Source of the DNA: Candidatus Latescibacterota bacterium
GTDB taxonomy: Bacteria > Latescibacterota > UBA2968
Direction of reading: 5' to 3'
Length of the DNA stretch: 64,000 nt
NCBI GenBank assembly: GCA_965207885.1
Contig: OZ242311.1
Location: forward strand, 4,128,001-4,192,000
A program made the position numbers and the translations under genes. Positions 1 through 10,904 of this stretch are shown one piece after another (the first letter of the stretch is position 1; each line of letters begins with the position of its first letter). A model generated the notes under the pieces. It ran no database searches. It was not told where the DNA came from and was given only the letters and a program-made list of their open reading frames with translations.

Positions 1-325
1 TCCCCACATAACCGACATTATAACCCGCGTCAGATAAAATCTGCGGATAGGCGGGCTTATCCAGAATATTCAAATCAAAAGCCCGATTAAAATTACCCAT
101 ATTCGATAGCTGCCCATGATTGTGTGGAAACATCCCCGTAAGCAGCGAACCGCGTGCAGGAGAGCAAAGAGCGATGGGCGTATAAGCCCGGCAAAAACGC
201 ATGCCCTCTCTGGCAATGCGATCAATCGCCGGCGTCTTGCACACCGCATTGCCATTAAATCCCAGCGAATCATAGCGCTGCATATCGGTAAGCAAAAAAA
301 GGATATTGGGTCTCTCCGTGTTCAT
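1..325 (-). CDS. Sulfatase (5' part; runs off the window start)
   Basis: Not in the ORF track. Manual translation from ATG 325 with AGGAGG RBS gives MNTERPNILFLLTDMQRYDSLG...TPAIDRIAREGMRF...ALCSPARGSLLTG, containing the formylglycine CxPxR motif. Confidence 0.9.
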   Translation of the reverse strand, partial: MNTERPNILFLLTDMQRYDSLGFNGNAVCKTPAIDRIAREGMRFCRAYTPIALCSPARGSLLTGMFPHNHGQLSNMGNFNRAFDLNILDKPAYPQILSDAGYNVGYVG

Positions 326-352
326 ATCAACCTCCTGATCATTTATCACTAA

Positions 353-1620
353 TTAATTTTTACCCCTCTGAAAACAAATCCAAAACAAAAACGCTCCTAT
401 TCCCGTGAACACAGCCCCGGTCAAAAAAAGGCTCGAATATCCCGCAACCGGGATCATATACCCACCGCCCAGAGCCATTGCCGAATAGCCCATTCCCGAC
501 ATCATAGCAGTCGCTCCCGACATGGCAGTACGCCAGCGCACGGGCACCAATTCCTGATGAAAAATGGCAAAAGCCGAGCGGCGTATCGAAGCCATCGCCA
601 TAATCCCCATCAGACAAACCCCCGCAACAATCCAATTTGAAACCAGCGCCATAAAAAAAAGAAAAACAGCTGTAAAAATCGTTACCAGAACCACTGTCCG
701 ACGAATGCCTAAACGCGCAGAGAAAAACGGAAGAGACAGCGCAGCCGGAACAGCGAGCAACTGCCCGCGGCGAGTTGTACACTGATAAGAGAAAGACTGA
801 TATTGAGCCCTTCATCCATATAAACATTAAAAAATGTTCGCGCAGCCGCTTCGCCGGCAACGTGGAGAACGGAAATCAGTGCGGTAATAACAATGGCCGC
901 AAGAGGAAGCACAGGCGCATTGGACACATCGCTATTATTCCCCTCTTCCCGCTTGCGTTCAACCTGAACATCCTGCGTGGCAAGCAGTGCGAAAACCGCC
1001 GGAATCAAACAAAGCACCCCGATGAACAGCGTATAGCGGTAAACGACCGGCTGCGCGAGTGAAACATCGAGCACATCTGCCAAATAATCCGGAACAACGC
1101 CCCCCAACATACTCCCGACAAATCCCGAAAATGGCATCAGCGCGGCCTGCACGGCAAAAACCGGATCGCGCTCAACCGGACTCGTAATGCCCATCAAATA
1201 AGGCGTGCCATTCACAATAAACAGCGCAATACCCATCACGCCGAGCGAATAAGAAATTAAAATAAAATAATCGCGCGTGCCGGAAGAAATCAACTCCGCC
1301 TGTGAAAGCAATCCAAAACCCGCCACAGCCACACAAATCCCAACAACCATCGTAAACCGACTGCCCCAGCGCCCACCCAGCATCCCGCTGGGCAAACTGG
1401 ACAGGGCAAAACAAAGTGCCCCCGTCGCATTGGCCAACCCCACAAATTGAGTATTATACCCCAGGCGCAACAAATAGAGATTGTACAAAAGGGGATAAAT
1501 ACCACCAAAAAGGACAAAACCAAACAGCGCATTAGCCATTAAATAGAGGCGCACATCGCGGGAAAAATGCACATTTGCAAAGAGAATAGGCATCTGGATC
1601 AGGATGTTCAGAGCTTGCAC
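353..1620 (-). pseudogene. MFS transporter split by a 1-nt frameshift near 765
   Basis: ORFs 709..1620 and 353..760 are consecutive hydrophobic MFS halves. Adding one G to GCG GG CAG restores ...VQLAAGQLLAVPAA.... Could be a sequencing error. Confidence 0.75.
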
Positions 1621-1665
1621 TGGAGTGGTTCTATCCAGTGATGAAAGGATGTTCAGGATGACCGG

Positions 1666-2883
1666 CTACTGATTTCTACCCGAACCGAGCTTTTGCCATG
1701 CCGCAGGTAGATTGCCTTGCAGGAGTTCGCTTTTCATGCGGATATGTGCGGTATCTCGGTCCGCTGTATGTGCAGCCCAAAAAGTGCTATCTCGCGTGGT
1801 TGCCTCTGGCAGAATCACAATTTCCGGCGCCTCAAAAATTGCGGGTGGCAAATCCGCATTGAGATCATAGCGATAGCAACGCGTTGTCGCTTGCGCGGTA
1901 TAATCGCGTGTCTTAATCGTACAAATTTGGCGCGAGGGCAACCAGTACTCGTTGAGATATCGCGTATTTTGCTGATAAACCTGCCAGTGATCTATGCCGC
2001 GCAATTGCAAGAGCGCGGGAAAATTGAGACGCAGGTCATAGCCTACAAGTGAAAAGTCATCGCGGGCGATCCACAAATCGCCGAGCAAGCCCGGCTTGTG
2101 CCCGTGCCGCGGCGACACACCAATGCGCGAAACGTGAAGATCGCCCACTTGCACTGTGGAAATGCGTTCATAATGGTAGTGTTCAAGCGCGTCGGACGAT
2201 AGGGGATGCGGCGCGATTTCAAAGGATTTATCATCTACAATACCCCGTGCAGGACTTTGCGTGAGACCCGGCGAAACACTCAACCGCCACTTGCCCCAAT
2301 TGCGTATGCCCGTAATATGCTGCGCGAGACTATCGGGGGGTTGGTAATAGCCTTTAATCGTATATTCAATACCCGCAACGACTTCTTCTGTTTTGCGGTT
2401 GATCACCTTCTGGCTACTGTACGCATCAAATGCATAAGTATCCATATTTGCGTAACCAGTGTGGAGATATTCGAAGCGGGTATTCGCGATCAGGAGGCGG
2501 ATCAGATCGGGTGCTGAGATGTCCTGCACTGTGGTTTCCTCGCGCAGGAGTATAGGGATGGGTAAAAGTGAAAGTTCCAGCGTGGAGATCAAACCGCGCG
2601 AAAGCACGAGAGTCGTATCTGATGGGGCATACCCCTGGCGACGCGCCTGAACGTGTGCGATCCCCGGCGCGAGTCCTTCTATCTCAATGCGCCCGTGTAG
2701 ATCGGTAATGTGAACGCGGGGAAATTCGCCCGATCGACGGATAACAACAGTGGCATAAGGCAGGCTTGCACCTGTATCGGCATCGCGACACTGCGCGTCG
2801 AGAACAGATGTTGAATCAGTCTGGGCAAGTGAGATTGAAGGCCAGAGAAAAACAGAAAAAAAAAGAGGCAAAAAGCGGATCAT
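1666..2883 (-). CDS. Exported protein with carboxypeptidase-regulatory-like domain (DUF5686-like C-terminus)
   Basis: Signal peptide, DADTGASLPYATV...TDLHGR motif, RDSTFW motif. ATG 2883 overlaps the upstream stop (ATGA). Confidence 0.65.
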   Translation of the reverse strand: MIRFLPLFFSVFLWPSISLAQTDSTSVLDAQCRDADTGASLPYATVVIRRSGEFPRVHITDLHGRIEIEGLAPGIAHVQARRQGYAPSDTTLVLSRGLISTLELSLLPIPILLREETTVQDISAPDLIRLLIANTRFEYLHTGYANMDTYAFDAYSSQKVINRKTEEVVAGIEYTIKGYYQPPDSLAQHITGIRNWGKWRLSVSPGLTQSPARGIVDDKSFEIAPHPLSSDALEHYHYERISTVQVGDLHVSRIGVSPRHGHKPGLLGDLWIARDDFSLVGYDLRLNFPALLQLRGIDHWQVYQQNTRYLNEYWLPSRQICTIKTRDYTAQATTRCYRYDLNADLPPAIFEAPEIVILPEATTRDSTFWAAHTADRDTAHIRMKSELLQGNLPAAWQKLGSGRNQ

Positions 2884-3971
2884 TGTTTTTTGCCGCGCGC
2901 GAGAATATCCCACACGACTTCGACGCGGTCATCGCGCGTGCCGTAGATTTGATCGTGCAAAAATACGGTCATGTCGGAATACCCGGAAATAAATTGAATT
3001 TTATCGCCAATTTTTAGATCGCTATTCGTCAGGCTGAGTAAGGCGTGTTCTGCCGCCAGACCAGTTACGACAACATCTGTTCGGTCTTTGACCTCGGGCA
3101 ATGAAGGATGGCTACTCGTCGTCTTGCGCCCAGCATCGGCAACTGCGCGGTCGGGAGCCGCGCGACTGATAACCGTGGTCAGCACGGAAAGCGCGTGTTC
3201 CAAACCGCGAACATGGAGGCCATCGCGATAATAAGTATCCATAAAAATGCCCCCGCCGGCCTGTATCTCAGTAATACCGGGAAAATCGGGAGTAAATGCG
3301 AGCGTACCCGTACCGCCCGCACTGACAATACCCACGCATAACCCCGCATTCTCGATGAGATTGCGCGTCTTTGACAATTCCCCTACCGCCTTCTTGCAGG
3401 CGGCTTCTTTGGCGGCATCATCCAAAGACATTGCATGGCCTTCGTAACCCATAATCCCCGCAAAAACCACACCGGGCGCGGCATTAGCCTGCTGTGCCAG
3501 CGCAAGGGTTGGGGCTCCCGACGGCACGCCACAGCGTTTCATGCCAACATCTACTTCAACAAGCACGCGCACGTTGACCCCAACATCTGTGGCCGCGTCA
3601 CTTATCGCGCGGATATGAACGGGATCGTCAACCGCCACCATAACATCTGCGCGGCGGCGCAGGTGGACCAGACGCGCGACTTTTTCTCGCCCAACAACTT
3701 GATTGGCGACGAGTATATCCGAAATACCGGCATCTGCCAGTACCTCGGCTTCACCGAGTTTGGCACAGGTAATGCCAATAGCACCTGCACACAGTTGTTT
3801 GTGGGCAATAGCGGGCGTTTTGTGGCCCTTGGCATGGGGCCGCCAGTGCAACCCGCTATCTCGACATCGAGCCGCCATCTTCTGGATATTATTTTCCATC
3901 TTATCCAGATCAATGAGCAACGCGGGCGTATCGAGCATCTGTATGGATTGACCAATTGGAGAATAGGGCAT
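2880..3971 (-). CDS. DSD1/D-threonine-aldolase family PLP enzyme (alanine racemase fold)
   Basis: LDTPALLIDLD, RPHAKGHK (PLP Lys), MGYEGH, SAGGTGT motifs. Confidence 0.85.
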   Translation of the reverse strand: MPYSPIGQSIQMLDTPALLIDLDKMENNIQKMAARCRDSGLHWRPHAKGHKTPAIAHKQLCAGAIGITCAKLGEAEVLADAGISDILVANQVVGREKVARLVHLRRRADVMVAVDDPVHIRAISDAATDVGVNVRVLVEVDVGMKRCGVPSGAPTLALAQQANAAPGVVFAGIMGYEGHAMSLDDAAKEAACKKAVGELSKTRNLIENAGLCVGIVSAGGTGTLAFTPDFPGITEIQAGGGIFMDTYYRDGLHVRGLEHALSVLTTVISRAAPDRAVADAGRKTTSSHPSLPEVKDRTDVVVTGLAAEHALLSLTNSDLKIGDKIQFISGYSDMTVFLHDQIYGTRDDRVEVVWDILARGKKQ

Positions 3972-3990
3972 AATGGACCTTCTAACTTTC

Positions 3991-5004
3991 TCACCCGAGA
4001 TGAATATTGCTATCCCGCCACTCAGAAAGCGGAGGCAAAATACCGTCGTCAATAGTCTGGTCTCGCAACGCAGTCAGATGGGCGTAGGATTCGCGCAGAG
4101 CATTGATATCGTCTTCAGTGCCTTCGGGCAGGGACCAGTTCACACCCGAAGCAGACAGAGTCACAGGCATAGCCATCATAATATTGTCAAATTCCCCATC
4201 ATTAAGATATGCACCGCAGGGCCAATCATAAGACTCGCCCACCAGAACACCGCGCAGCATAAAAACGCTTTGTTGTGCCGGCGATTGAAACGAAGAACGC
4301 CCGCGCAGATCGATAATGCGAGCGCCTCCCCCTCGCACATGTTCTTGAACACCGGTCCATTCATCGGCACTCATGCCAACGCCATTGACGGTCTCTCCAT
4401 TGAGAATCTCCGTGAGAGGCGTGCCATCAATCTGAATACCACCAATAAACACGGCCATCTGTTCACCGTGCCCCCCGTACGTGCGGCAACCAGTGACTTT
4501 GCTTTGCAAAATATCGAAATGTTGTGCCAGTCGGGTTTGCAAGCGCGTGCTATCGAGCGCGGCGAGAGTCGTCACGCGCCCGGGTTCGAGTCCCGAATGT
4601 ACCAATGTAGTCAGCCCCGTAATGTCGGCGGGATTAAAAATAATGATGACAAACTTACAGTTGGAACAATACTGTTTGATATCGAGGCCGAGTTGTTTGG
4701 CAATTTCTGCATTATCGCGTCGCAAGTCTTCGCGGGTCATGCCTTCTTTGCGCGGCGCACCGCCCGAGCTAATAACATAAGAAGCACCTGCAAGTGCTTC
4801 GGCAGCATCGGTTGTCCACGTAACATCGGCATTGGGAAAACCGCAGTGATAAACCTCCTCGGCCGCACCTTCAAGCCCAGGCGCAAAAGGATCGTACATA
4901 GATACGCGAGACGCCGTGCCCGAAGACAGGAGCGTTTGCGCAAGGTTAGAACCAATGGCGCCTGCCGCGCCCATTACGGCAACTTTTTCATCTGTCAGGT
5001 ACAT
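3991..5004 (-). CDS. mdh: Malate dehydrogenase
   Basis: GAAGAIG Rossmann motif, GGAPRKEGMTREDL substrate loop, NPAD, LDSTR, GGHGE. Confidence 0.88.
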   Translation of the reverse strand: MYLTDEKVAVMGAAGAIGSNLAQTLLSSGTASRVSMYDPFAPGLEGAAEEVYHCGFPNADVTWTTDAAEALAGASYVISSGGAPRKEGMTREDLRRDNAEIAKQLGLDIKQYCSNCKFVIIIFNPADITGLTTLVHSGLEPGRVTTLAALDSTRLQTRLAQHFDILQSKVTGCRTYGGHGEQMAVFIGGIQIDGTPLTEILNGETVNGVGMSADEWTGVQEHVRGGGARIIDLRGRSSFQSPAQQSVFMLRGVLVGESYDWPCGAYLNDGEFDNIMMAMPVTLSASGVNWSLPEGTEDDINALRESYAHLTALRDQTIDDGILPPLSEWRDSNIHLG

Positions 5005-5032
5005 CGATACTCCTCTTTCTGGTGATGATTGA

Positions 5033-5062
5033 GAAAACCCCGCACTTTTGTACGGGGTTTTC
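5033..5062 (-). terminator. Probable intrinsic terminator hairpin
   Basis: GAAAACCCC...GGGGTTTTC inverted repeat between the TPR gene and mdh. Confidence 0.5.
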
Positions 5063-5120
5063 GGGTTTGAATTATTTGTCTAAATACCCACTGTGGTTAG
5101 AACGAAACGCGATTGATCAT

Positions 5121-6302
5121 CTACTCCTGATTTTGAAGCGCCTCGTACATCTGAAATGCCTCAGTTGCTTTTTTCACACATTCTGCGGCAACTTCACCTT
5201 CCGATACTTCTGATTTGCGCGCATAAACGCGAGACAACGCCGCCCATGCTCTGGCATTACTCGCCTGCAACTCGGTCACTTTTGTAAAAGCGTCAATAGC
5301 TCTATCATAAGCATCTATTTTATCTGCGAGCAGACCAAGCTGGTACCACGCATCGGCGTCAGTCGGATTTGCTTCAACGCTTTTTGCAAACAGATCAAGT
5401 GCTTTATCGCCTTTGTCGAGTTGCTTATACGCAATAGCGAGATTGAACAGCGCGTCCATATTATCGGGTTGTATCTCAACCACTTTTTCGAGAATTGCGG
5501 CAGATTTTTCGTAGTTCTCTGCCTGCAAATAAATGGTCGCGGCAATATTTAAAATTTTGGGATCATCACCGGCAATAGCCAGTGCTTTCTCCGCTGATTC
5601 CGCCGCGCCTTCTTTGTCGCCCAGTCGATATTGGGCAATCGACATGTGCTGCAAAATATTGATTTCTTCGGGATCAATCTCATGGCCCTTTTTGAACGCT
5701 TCAAGTGCTTCTTCGATCCGTTCGACATTCATAAGCGCGCCGCCCAAATTGAAAAAGGACTGCGCTTTTTTGGGATTGAGTTCAATCGCCTTCTGATACA
5801 TCTCAATACCCGCTTCTGAACTGCCCATATTGAGATGCGTAATAGCCAGCCCTTCATAAGCGTCGGCTTCATTGGGATTAATCGTAATGGCGAGATCGAA
5901 TTGCTCAATGGCAAAATCGAACCTCTGGGCATTCATCCCCTTGACGGCCATGTTGTAATACCGCGTCCAGTAATCTTTGCGATCGCTATCGACTTTCCTT
6001 TTCCACTTTCTGTCCGTTACCAGATTATAGTGCTCATTCATCTCTTCAAAAAGCTCTTTCTGGCCGTATAGCCAACCCAAATAATACTGCACCTCGGAAT
6101 CGTCGGGACGTCCTTCCGCCGCGATCATATACTGTTCCATCGCCTTGTCGTATTGGCGCTGGTTGATATACAATTTGCCCGAGCGTTTGGCTACTGAAGC
6201 CTGTCCTTTGGTCACTTTTGCCTCTGCGGTCTGTACGAACAATGGTGTCGCAGCAAAGGCCAGTGCAAGGGCAACAATAAATCCGCGCTTAAAAAATGTC
6301 AT
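5121..6302 (-). CDS. Exported TPR-repeat protein
   Basis: Signal peptide followed by many TPR units (e.g. YQKAIELNPKKAQSFFNLG). Confidence 0.85.
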   Translation of the reverse strand: MTFFKRGFIVALALAFAATPLFVQTAEAKVTKGQASVAKRSGKLYINQRQYDKAMEQYMIAAEGRPDDSEVQYYLGWLYGQKELFEEMNEHYNLVTDRKWKRKVDSDRKDYWTRYYNMAVKGMNAQRFDFAIEQFDLAITINPNEADAYEGLAITHLNMGSSEAGIEMYQKAIELNPKKAQSFFNLGGALMNVERIEEALEAFKKGHEIDPEEINILQHMSIAQYRLGDKEGAAESAEKALAIAGDDPKILNIAATIYLQAENYEKSAAILEKVVEIQPDNMDALFNLAIAYKQLDKGDKALDLFAKSVEANPTDADAWYQLGLLADKIDAYDRAIDAFTKVTELQASNARAWAALSRVYARKSEVSEGEVAAECVKKATEAFQMYEALQNQE

Positions 6303-6438
6303 GGGAATCTTCCTTTCTCAACGCAACCGGCGCGTTCCGGCAGCAGGTTAAATGACAATGCACACCGCCAATATATGCAGTGTGTAAAATCCTGTCAAGT
6401 CTCTGCGCGAAGGCGCAAACTGCACGCCGCTATTACCC

Positions 6439-6624
6439 TTATTGTTCCGATAGAAGCGTGCCGCCTCGCGCCCAGTGATCGCGGGAAATATCTTCGATAA
6501 CGACCATCGTCCCATCGGCTTTGGCATCGCAAATATTGACCATCGCATCGGTAATAGCTCTGGCGAGTTCGCGTTTTTGCTCGTGCGTGCGGCCTTCGAG
6601 CATTTTAACATTAATGAAAGGCAT
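6439..6624 (-). CDS. 4-oxalocrotonate tautomerase family protein
   Basis: 61 aa, catalytic Pro-1, GRTHEQK, WARGG; AGGAGG RBS. Confidence 0.9.
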   Translation of the reverse strand: MPFINVKMLEGRTHEQKRELARAITDAMVNICDAKADGTMVVIEDISRDHWARGGTLLSEQ

Positions 6625-6635
6625 AGTACCTCCTT

Positions 6636-7967
6636 TTAAAAAATAATCAGTTCTGGACTCTGCAACCTGGGAACCGCGGGTTTGGACGCGCCAAAGGAAA
6701 AAGCAACCGGCAAGCTAAAGCCGCGGATAGTACCCAGGGTTCTATTATCTTCGAGATCGACAATATAGACCTGTAAATTGCCCGTTGAAGCCAAACTTTC
6801 AAGGCTTTCGACACCAGCGACATAGACCGTCTTACCGTCGGGTTTAAGGCCGATATTGCCCACGATTACACCGACAAAAATTTCGGCGGTTTGTCTCCAT
6901 GTTTGTGTATCGATAACCACAATACCTCCCCAGAACGCGGGCACGGAATTGCCCAACGCATCAAAGCCCAAAAAGATTCGGTAGAGAGATACGACAAGGC
7001 GCGTGCCATCTGCGGAAAGCGCGATATCGCGAACTTCAATGTCCAGATCATTGGCCTGACCGAGCGTGAGGCTATCGGCAATCGCTTTGGTGCTGGTATT
7101 GACTTTGAGCACGCGGCCTGCACGAGTGTTGTTGAGATAAAGGCTTTGTCCATCGGGCGAGACGGCCAATCGACTGACGGTTTGGCCCACAGAGATACTG
7201 TCGATCAGCGCTGGAATACCCGTATCAATAACAGACACGGCATTTGTAGCATTGCCGTGCCCAACATAGAGACGCGCGCCATCGGGCGAGATAGCAATGC
7301 CACGGGGCGTGGGCGGAACATCGATGATGTCCAGGGGCTGACCTGCAAGTACATCAAAAACTTCGACTGTAGCCCCCTCTTCTTCGGTCACGTATGCAAA
7401 CTGGTGATCGGGTGAAAGCGCAATGTGAAAACCGCCCCGACTCGTAAATCCTCCGCCAGGTGCGACTGGCATTTCGAGTGAGAGTTGAAAATCGGGGATC
7501 CCATCTTCAGTAAATGCGTGGAAGGTATCTCTACCTGCCACATAAAGTCGCTTGTTGATATTGGAAAACGCGATACCCCGCGGAAAATCGGCGGAAAACG
7601 TTCGGCTGGGATCGAGCAAATTAGTCGAAGTATCGATAACTCGGATATTGGCACCTAGAACATCGCTAATATAAAGAAATCGAGGCTCGGGTCCTGCCGG
7701 TGGAGTCGTCGGACTTGAAGACCCGCCAAAAGCATTGACAAAAAGCAGAAAGTCCGAAAAGTCGATTGTGCCATTGCCGTCGAGGTCGAGTTTTTCATTG
7801 AAATCATCCTGACCGGCAGACTTGCCAAAACCCTGAGCAAACGCCAGAAAATCAGTAAAATCAACGGTGCCATTGCCATCAAAATCAGCGGATTTTGTTT
7901 CCTGGGCATCGAGCAGTGGAGCTATCAAAATTAGTGTGAGAGACAATACAATCGCGGTATATTTCAT
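6636..7967 (-). CDS. Exported dockerin-like EF-hand pair + YVTN/YncE beta-propeller protein
   Basis: Signal peptide; DFDGNGTVDFTDFL and DLDGNGTIDFSDFL; repeated ISPDGxxLYV blades. Confidence 0.75.
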   Translation of the reverse strand: MKYTAIVLSLTLILIAPLLDAQETKSADFDGNGTVDFTDFLAFAQGFGKSAGQDDFNEKLDLDGNGTIDFSDFLLFVNAFGGSSSPTTPPAGPEPRFLYISDVLGANIRVIDTSTNLLDPSRTFSADFPRGIAFSNINKRLYVAGRDTFHAFTEDGIPDFQLSLEMPVAPGGGFTSRGGFHIALSPDHQFAYVTEEEGATVEVFDVLAGQPLDIIDVPPTPRGIAISPDGARLYVGHGNATNAVSVIDTGIPALIDSISVGQTVSRLAVSPDGQSLYLNNTRAGRVLKVNTSTKAIADSLTLGQANDLDIEVRDIALSADGTRLVVSLYRIFLGFDALGNSVPAFWGGIVVIDTQTWRQTAEIFVGVIVGNIGLKPDGKTVYVAGVESLESLASTGNLQVYIVDLEDNRTLGTIRGFSLPVAFSFGASKPAVPRLQSPELIIF

Positions 7968-8092
7968 AATATTTCCTTTTTGAAGGGTACTTATGATACA
8001 TTTGACCGTTGAGGCTGTCAATCTGAATTGATTACATTTTGGGACGCTTTCCTTTGGCTTATAGTTCCCGGTTCTAAATAAAAGGAGATATT

Positions 8093-8878
8093 GTGTTACC
8101 TGATTATCCGACGATTTTCTGGATTTTGGCTGTCATTTCTGTAATTTTTGTCGGTATAGCCAAAGCCGGGTTTGGCGGAGGTGTTGGCATTTTGGCAACG
8201 CCACTCATGGCACTTGTCATTCCAGTGGCAGACTCGGCAGCGATTTTGTTACCACTCTTAATGGTTTGCGATGTATTTGCCGTTGCACACTACCGCAAGC
8301 ATTTTCATCGGCGCAGTGTAAAATTGCTCTTGCCCGGTGCGGCAATCGGGATCGGTATAGGAGCATTATTCTTTGGATATTTCAGCGCGAATGAGCGCGT
8401 ATTGCAACTCGGTTTGGGGATTTTGAGTTTGTTTTTTGTGGTATTCCAGGCTTTGCGCGCAGTGATTACGGGCGCACTTACAAAGCGACACCCACACAGT
8501 GCAGAAGGCGTTTTCATGGGCGCAATAGCGGGCTTTACGTCAACCATCGCACATGCTGGCGGTCCCCCCACAACCATCTATTTGCTTCCCCAACAATTGC
8601 CCCGCAACCTCTTTGTGGGAACGACCGTAATTCTTTTTGCCGCGATCAATCAGATGAAATTAATTCCCTATTTGGGATTGGATATTTTGCGAGCCGAACA
8701 TCTCGTCACAATCGCAATCCTATCCCCATTGGGCTACGCAGGCGTGAGGTTGGGCATTTTTTTTAATAAGCGTTTCACAGACCACTGGTTTAATATAGTC
8801 GTCTATTCAATTCTATTTATCGCAGGCGTACAGTTGATTTCGGGCAAAAACTTAATTCAATTGTTAGGCATTGTGTAA
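8093..8878 (+). CDS. TauE/SafE (TSUP) sulfite exporter family
   Basis: KAGFGGG and STIAHAGGPP motifs, ~8 TM segments. Confidence 0.85.
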   Translation: MLPDYPTIFWILAVISVIFVGIAKAGFGGGVGILATPLMALVIPVADSAAILLPLLMVCDVFAVAHYRKHFHRRSVKLLLPGAAIGIGIGALFFGYFSANERVLQLGLGILSLFFVVFQALRAVITGALTKRHPHSAEGVFMGAIAGFTSTIAHAGGPPTTIYLLPQQLPRNLFVGTTVILFAAINQMKLIPYLGLDILRAEHLVTIAILSPLGYAGVRLGIFFNKRFTDHWFNIVVYSILFIAGVQLISGKNLIQLLGIV

Positions 8879-8957
8879 ACTGTAAAATTGTCCTATTTTT
8901 TAGAAAAAGGGCCGGGGACTGGTGTGATCCTTTCACGTCTCACTCTGGAGGTTGGCC

Positions 8958-9611
8958 ATGGCATCGCGCATCTGCTTTATACTGACCTGTATCATCGCTT
9001 TTTCCGGGTGTTATACGCAACTTCGGGCACCGCGCGTTCACCGTGAACAACGCGCTGAATCCCCTGTCAAGCCTTCCGAGAATTCTGTACAGCGATTTGA
9101 ATATTACTACTACAATTATTGCAATCCATCTCCTCTGCCATTTTACGAATCATACCATCCATATCGCCCGTACCGTCCATATCGGCGATATCCGCGCTGG
9201 AACCGGCACCGCCTCATCTGGAAATATTCGAGCTGGGCAAGCGTGTACGACCCGTGGTGGCGGGGGTGGTCGCCGAGGATTTTGGTGCCTCATATTGTAT
9301 ATGCGCCAGCGCCAACGGTAAGACCTCAAATAGAACGCGAGCAAGTCAATCCGCGTCCCCGTATCAGATACACAGGCGTGCGTGGCGAACCCGCCTCGGC
9401 CAGCACAATTCGGTCGGGCAACACCACAACTGAAAGCACACCTACAGCACAGCCGGAGAACTCGCGCAGCACCAAAACGAAAAGCACACAGCAAACGGAG
9501 AACTCGCGTAGTACCAAAACACAATCATCAGAAAAATCAAAAAAAGAAGAAAAATCTGAAAAACGCGAAGAGAAACGCTCAACGCAGCGCCGCAGAGGGG
9601 AGATGAGATAA
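8958..9611 (+). CDS. Putative lipoprotein with Tyr/Pro-rich and low-complexity charged tail
   Basis: Lipobox FSGC-YTQL; internal ENSRSTKT duplication; stop abuts the next start. Confidence 0.65.
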   Translation: MASRICFILTCIIAFSGCYTQLRAPRVHREQRAESPVKPSENSVQRFEYYYYNYCNPSPLPFYESYHPYRPYRPYRRYPRWNRHRLIWKYSSWASVYDPWWRGWSPRILVPHIVYAPAPTVRPQIEREQVNPRPRIRYTGVRGEPASASTIRSGNTTTESTPTAQPENSRSTKTKSTQQTENSRSTKTQSSEKSKKEEKSEKREEKRSTQRRRGEMR

Positions 9612-10885
9612 TGTCCAAACATCTCTGTATCCCGACATTTGTGATTTGCGTCTTCGCGGTATCTGTCCCTGCACAAGAAGTCGCTCTCGATAGCTTTTCT
9701 GGCATTGGTGCCCGCGCCATGGGCATGGGCGGTGCTTATATTTCCGTATCCGATGATTTTTCTGGCCTGTTCTGGAACCCCGCGGGATTGGCGCGAATCG
9801 AGCGCGGAACCGTAAATTGGGGCGTTTCGCACGACCGATTTCGCAACATATCGCAATTTTTTGACCGTTCTTCAACCCTCGAATTGCGCAGTACGCGCAT
9901 TGCATCCCTGGGTTTTGTCTATCCCGTTCCCGTGTATCGCGGGAGTCTGGTCTTTGCCGGAGGCTTTGGGCGCAATCAAAATTTTGATGGAGGATTACAG
10001 ATTGATGCGTATGATACCATCGCCAATTTTGATAAAGCGGGATTTTCAGAAGACAAAGGCGCTCTCGGCGCGTGGACATTTGGGGCTGCAATTGATCTGA
10101 TGCCGCGTTTGTCGGCGGGGATCTCGTTGTTTCGCTGGGGGGGAACCAATCGCTTTTTACAGGAATTGACCCTTGAAGATGTGCAGCGGGTACACGCCGA
10201 CACCATCCGCATCTTCCAGCGTTTTGAATCTGAGGAACGCTATTCTGCCTGGGGCATCCAGGGCGGCATTCGGTATTGGCATCCCACGGGATTTCAATTT
10301 GGCATTGTGGCAACAGCGGCCACGCCATTGCGCGTATCGGCTGAGCTGGCGGATGAATTTGAAGACGAGTTTGAAGACCGCACAGATACCTATCCACGCG
10401 AATCTTTTTCGGACGCATATGAAATTCGTCAACCCCTGACTTTTGGGATGGGAATTGGATGGTCGTCGGGAGGATTGACGGTGAGCGGCGACGTACATTA
10501 CGGCGATTTGCAAGAAATAACTTACGAGATTTTGCCACTCAATATTGCACCCAATGTCGATGATTTCCGGCGGCAATATCGCAGTGCGGCGCGGCTGCAT
10601 TTGGGATGTGAATATGTCATTTCGCATTGGGGCATCGCGTTCAGAGGTGGTTACTACCGCGACCCGGTTCGCTATGTGGGGGGCGGCAGTGTCCCAGAAA
10701 TACAAATTGAGACAGACCGCGATGCATGGACACTCGGTTTTGGCACCGAATTGGAAAAGGCTGTAACCCTGGATTTTGCCGCAGTGATTGGCGGCTACAA
10801 AGCCATTGAAGGTAATCGCGCAGATCGCGTACGTGCAGTGCGGGTACTCGCCTCCGCGCGTTTTTATTTTTTTACAGGACTTTAG
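9611..10885 (+). CDS. Outer-membrane beta-barrel (OmpP1/FadL-like)
   Basis: GARAMGMGGA...SDD...FWNPAGL N-terminal signature; alternating beta-strands. Confidence 0.75.
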   Translation: MSKHLCIPTFVICVFAVSVPAQEVALDSFSGIGARAMGMGGAYISVSDDFSGLFWNPAGLARIERGTVNWGVSHDRFRNISQFFDRSSTLELRSTRIASLGFVYPVPVYRGSLVFAGGFGRNQNFDGGLQIDAYDTIANFDKAGFSEDKGALGAWTFGAAIDLMPRLSAGISLFRWGGTNRFLQELTLEDVQRVHADTIRIFQRFESEERYSAWGIQGGIRYWHPTGFQFGIVATAATPLRVSAELADEFEDEFEDRTDTYPRESFSDAYEIRQPLTFGMGIGWSSGGLTVSGDVHYGDLQEITYEILPLNIAPNVDDFRRQYRSAARLHLGCEYVISHWGIAFRGGYYRDPVRYVGGGSVPEIQIETDRDAWTLGFGTELEKAVTLDFAAVIGGYKAIEGNRADRVRAVRVLASARFYFFTGL

Positions 10886-10904
10886 AAAGCACAAAGGAGT
10901 TAGC

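Noticed and set aside
3973-5025. 350-aa plus-strand ORF
   Set aside because: Antisense shadow of mdh; no recognisable motifs.
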